Assembly (NCBI GenBank): GCA_028534125.1
Contig: CM052816.1
Coordinates: forward strand, 33,358,001-33,422,000
Direction: 5' to 3'
DNA length: 64,000 nucleotides
Source: Lama glama
Lineage: Eukaryota
Positions 61,641 to 64,000 of the stretch are shown one piece after another. How positions within the stretch are numbered: the stretch's first letter is position 1; each line of letters opens with the position of its first letter. Below the pieces are notes generated by a model. That model searched no databases, had not been told where the DNA came from, and saw only the letters and a program-made list of their open reading frames with translations. A program made the position numbers and the translations under genes.

Positions 61641-63639
61641 AAATAGTCTGATAATGGGAGTTAGACAAAAATCAAGGGAAAAAAATCCCTTAGATTAGAA
61701 GATCATAAGGATACTGCTAAATTGGTTGCCTTAAAATATAATCATTTTTTAGAAAAAGAAAATTTGAAAATTTACTCTTAAAGTAAACAGCTTCACACAT
61801 TGTCCACTTAAGAAATTCAATAAATTTCTAAGAGTTGTGACTAGATTGAGAAAGATGGAAGAGAAAACCTCTGGAGCTTTCTTTTTCCCATGATATCATA
61901 ATTTTGTAGAGTTTTTTTTTTGGAGATTTTCTTGGATGCAATGTATCACTGATATTATTCCAAAAATTGTCCTATACAATTTACTATTTATATTCTACAT
62001 GAAACAGCAGATTCCACTTGGATTTTTACTATGTTTGGGTTTTTAGGAGCACCACAGAACAGATCTTTTGCTAATAAAATACAATCATTTTGACTATAAT
62101 GGACTAATATAATTATCTCTTCATCAATTGCTCCATTAGTTTATTCATTAGATACTATTAGATTCATCATTAGGCCAGGAATGAATTTCTATCTTCATAA
62201 TTAAATAAATTTAGTTTGTGACCTCATTACAGGAAAAAGAGACCATATTATGATTTCTAACTCTCAAGAAACAAGGTAATATATGGATAATGATGCAGGA
62301 TATATTTTCAGTTTGATACAATTTTAAAGATAACTGTAAAATTCAGTAACTTGATGGAGAAACCAAGTTCATCTCAGATATGGCAATAGATATGTGGACA
62401 ACAACGTTCAGGGGGAAAAACATCTATCATCTAAGACCATTAAGAGTTCATAGAGTGGTTGAGTGCTTTATTGGCCTTCTGCCATTCTTTAGATGCCCCC
62501 TGTTAAATCTGAGTATTTCATCCATTTATCACTGTAAACGAAATTTATCAACAGCATTTAGTTTTTCGTTTTTATCTAGAGCTGAATTAACTCTATGCCT
62601 TCAAAACCAACGAGACTACAAGATGAGAGAACCAGAATTCTCTCATGAAAGAAAGATTGAGAAGAAGGGATTCCAAAATAATCCAAACAAATAGAGATAA
62701 GAAGGTAATTAGTGCTATTCATAGATGAGAGCTTTTTTGTGTGACATTCCTGCCCCACAATTATTTACAATCAAAAAACAGGAGATTTCTCTCTGATAGA
62801 CTATGATTAGCAGAGAAATCCTCATTAGGAAGAATTTATGGCTCCTGTGAATCTTCCTTAGGGAGACCTCATGGCTCCAAAACAGCAGGATCTAACCATA
62901 AACTGACTCTCTAAATGTACCTAGTGTCCATGAAAGTGTCAGCTAAACAGGTGTCAAAAAAGGAGCCATTATTGGCAAATTTTGGCAACATTCAAATAAG
63001 CTAGTCCAGAAGAGTCTTGACTAAGCATACGGGAACATGGTAGTTTTAGAACAAGGCTATCTTTATAGTGGATCAGAGTGTCTCAGCTTTCTTAGCAGCA
63101 TAGAACAGCTTCTAATTTATTCTGAGATTCAGAGAAGTTAAGCAAACCACTCTAACTTAGTTATTTGTTCCTAATTTCAAGATTTAGAACCAAGTTCAAT
63201 TGACTATGAGCCAAGTGCCACAAGAAGTATATGCCTAGGCTACCTACGCTCAGATGAATCATTTACTTGAAAAGAATGAATATAGTTAAAATGTTACAAA
63301 TTTATAAGTTAAAATTCACATAACTTGTTCTAAGAAAACTTCAACATACATATGAACAAATTTTTATATCTGTTGAAGATACGTATGAAGCTCCAGTCAA
63401 GCTGGGACATTTGACTTTTCCTACCTGAAGATCCAAATCCATATTGTGTAACATTAAAAACAGACAGAAACTTTGAAAACCAATATGAATACTTCTGGAA
63501 ACTCTTGGAAAGGCAGTAAACTTAACTGGGTGGAGTTGCGGTGGGAAGGAAGGAGAGGAGTGCTCCTCTCCCAGCACATTTTAAACCCACCCCTTTAGGT
63601 ATCTTTCTCCTCAGAATTCATCCATTTATAGCGGTTGCT

Positions 63640-63712
63640 CACTCACTAATTCATTCAGCAAATATTTATTCAGAATTTACTGTACTCCAGGCACTCAGGC
63701 TATATCAGCAGT
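63640..63712 (-). mobile_element. L2 3' tail
   Basis: cactcactaattcattcagcaaatatttattcagaatttactgtactccaggcact. Confidence 0.7.
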
Positions 63713-64000
63713 TCCCTCAGCTTCTCTTCTGTCTCCTGTCTGCAGACCACTTCTCTCTCAACCCATTCTTTAACCAGCAAGACCTTTATATCAGTGCACA
63801 GATTCTTACCATTTCTATTATATACCTATTTGTTTCTTTGTCTTCTTTCAATTCCATTCTTGTTTGCTTACCCTGATAAGCATAGCAAAGAGCTCCAAAG
63901 AGCCCATCAGAGGGAACAGGGAATTCTCCTGAGAAGACAGGGAAGGTGGGAAAGCTATGGAAATTTAAAGCATGTGTCTCTTGTACAAATAGTTTGCCTG

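Noticed and set aside
48907..64000. CAMK4 exon 4 (IKLKEIFETPTEISLVLELVTGGELFD)
   Set aside because: No matching minus-strand sequence was found by eye. It probably lies beyond the right edge.

Overview
Mammalian, AT-rich, CpG-depleted genomic DNA, most likely camelid (one Vic-1-type tRNA-derived SINE, cetartiodactyl-type L1 3' ends, no Alu/B1/Bov-A/PRE1/SINEC seen). The whole window lies inside CAMK4 (Ca2+/calmodulin-dependent kinase IV) on the minus strand. Four coding exons are present (human numbering 5-8: 48906-48834, 19038-18948, 16868-16794, 3284-3209), all GT-AG and in frame. They encode the kinase core ([11 protein letters not shown], activation loop, APE). The rest is intron containing L1, L2, MIR, MaLR/ERVL LTRs, Charlie4a and a Tigger2 derivative. 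The supplied ORFs are chance ORFs or decayed L1 frames. I cannot demonstrate a new biological system. The best leads concern CAMK4 splicing: a strongly defined candidate poison exon in intron 8, a near-consensus CaMKIV-responsive element (CaRRE1) before exon 6, a frame-symmetric exon 7, and inverted L1 copies around exon 5. Repeat subfamily names come from recall of consensus sequences and repeat boundaries are approximate.
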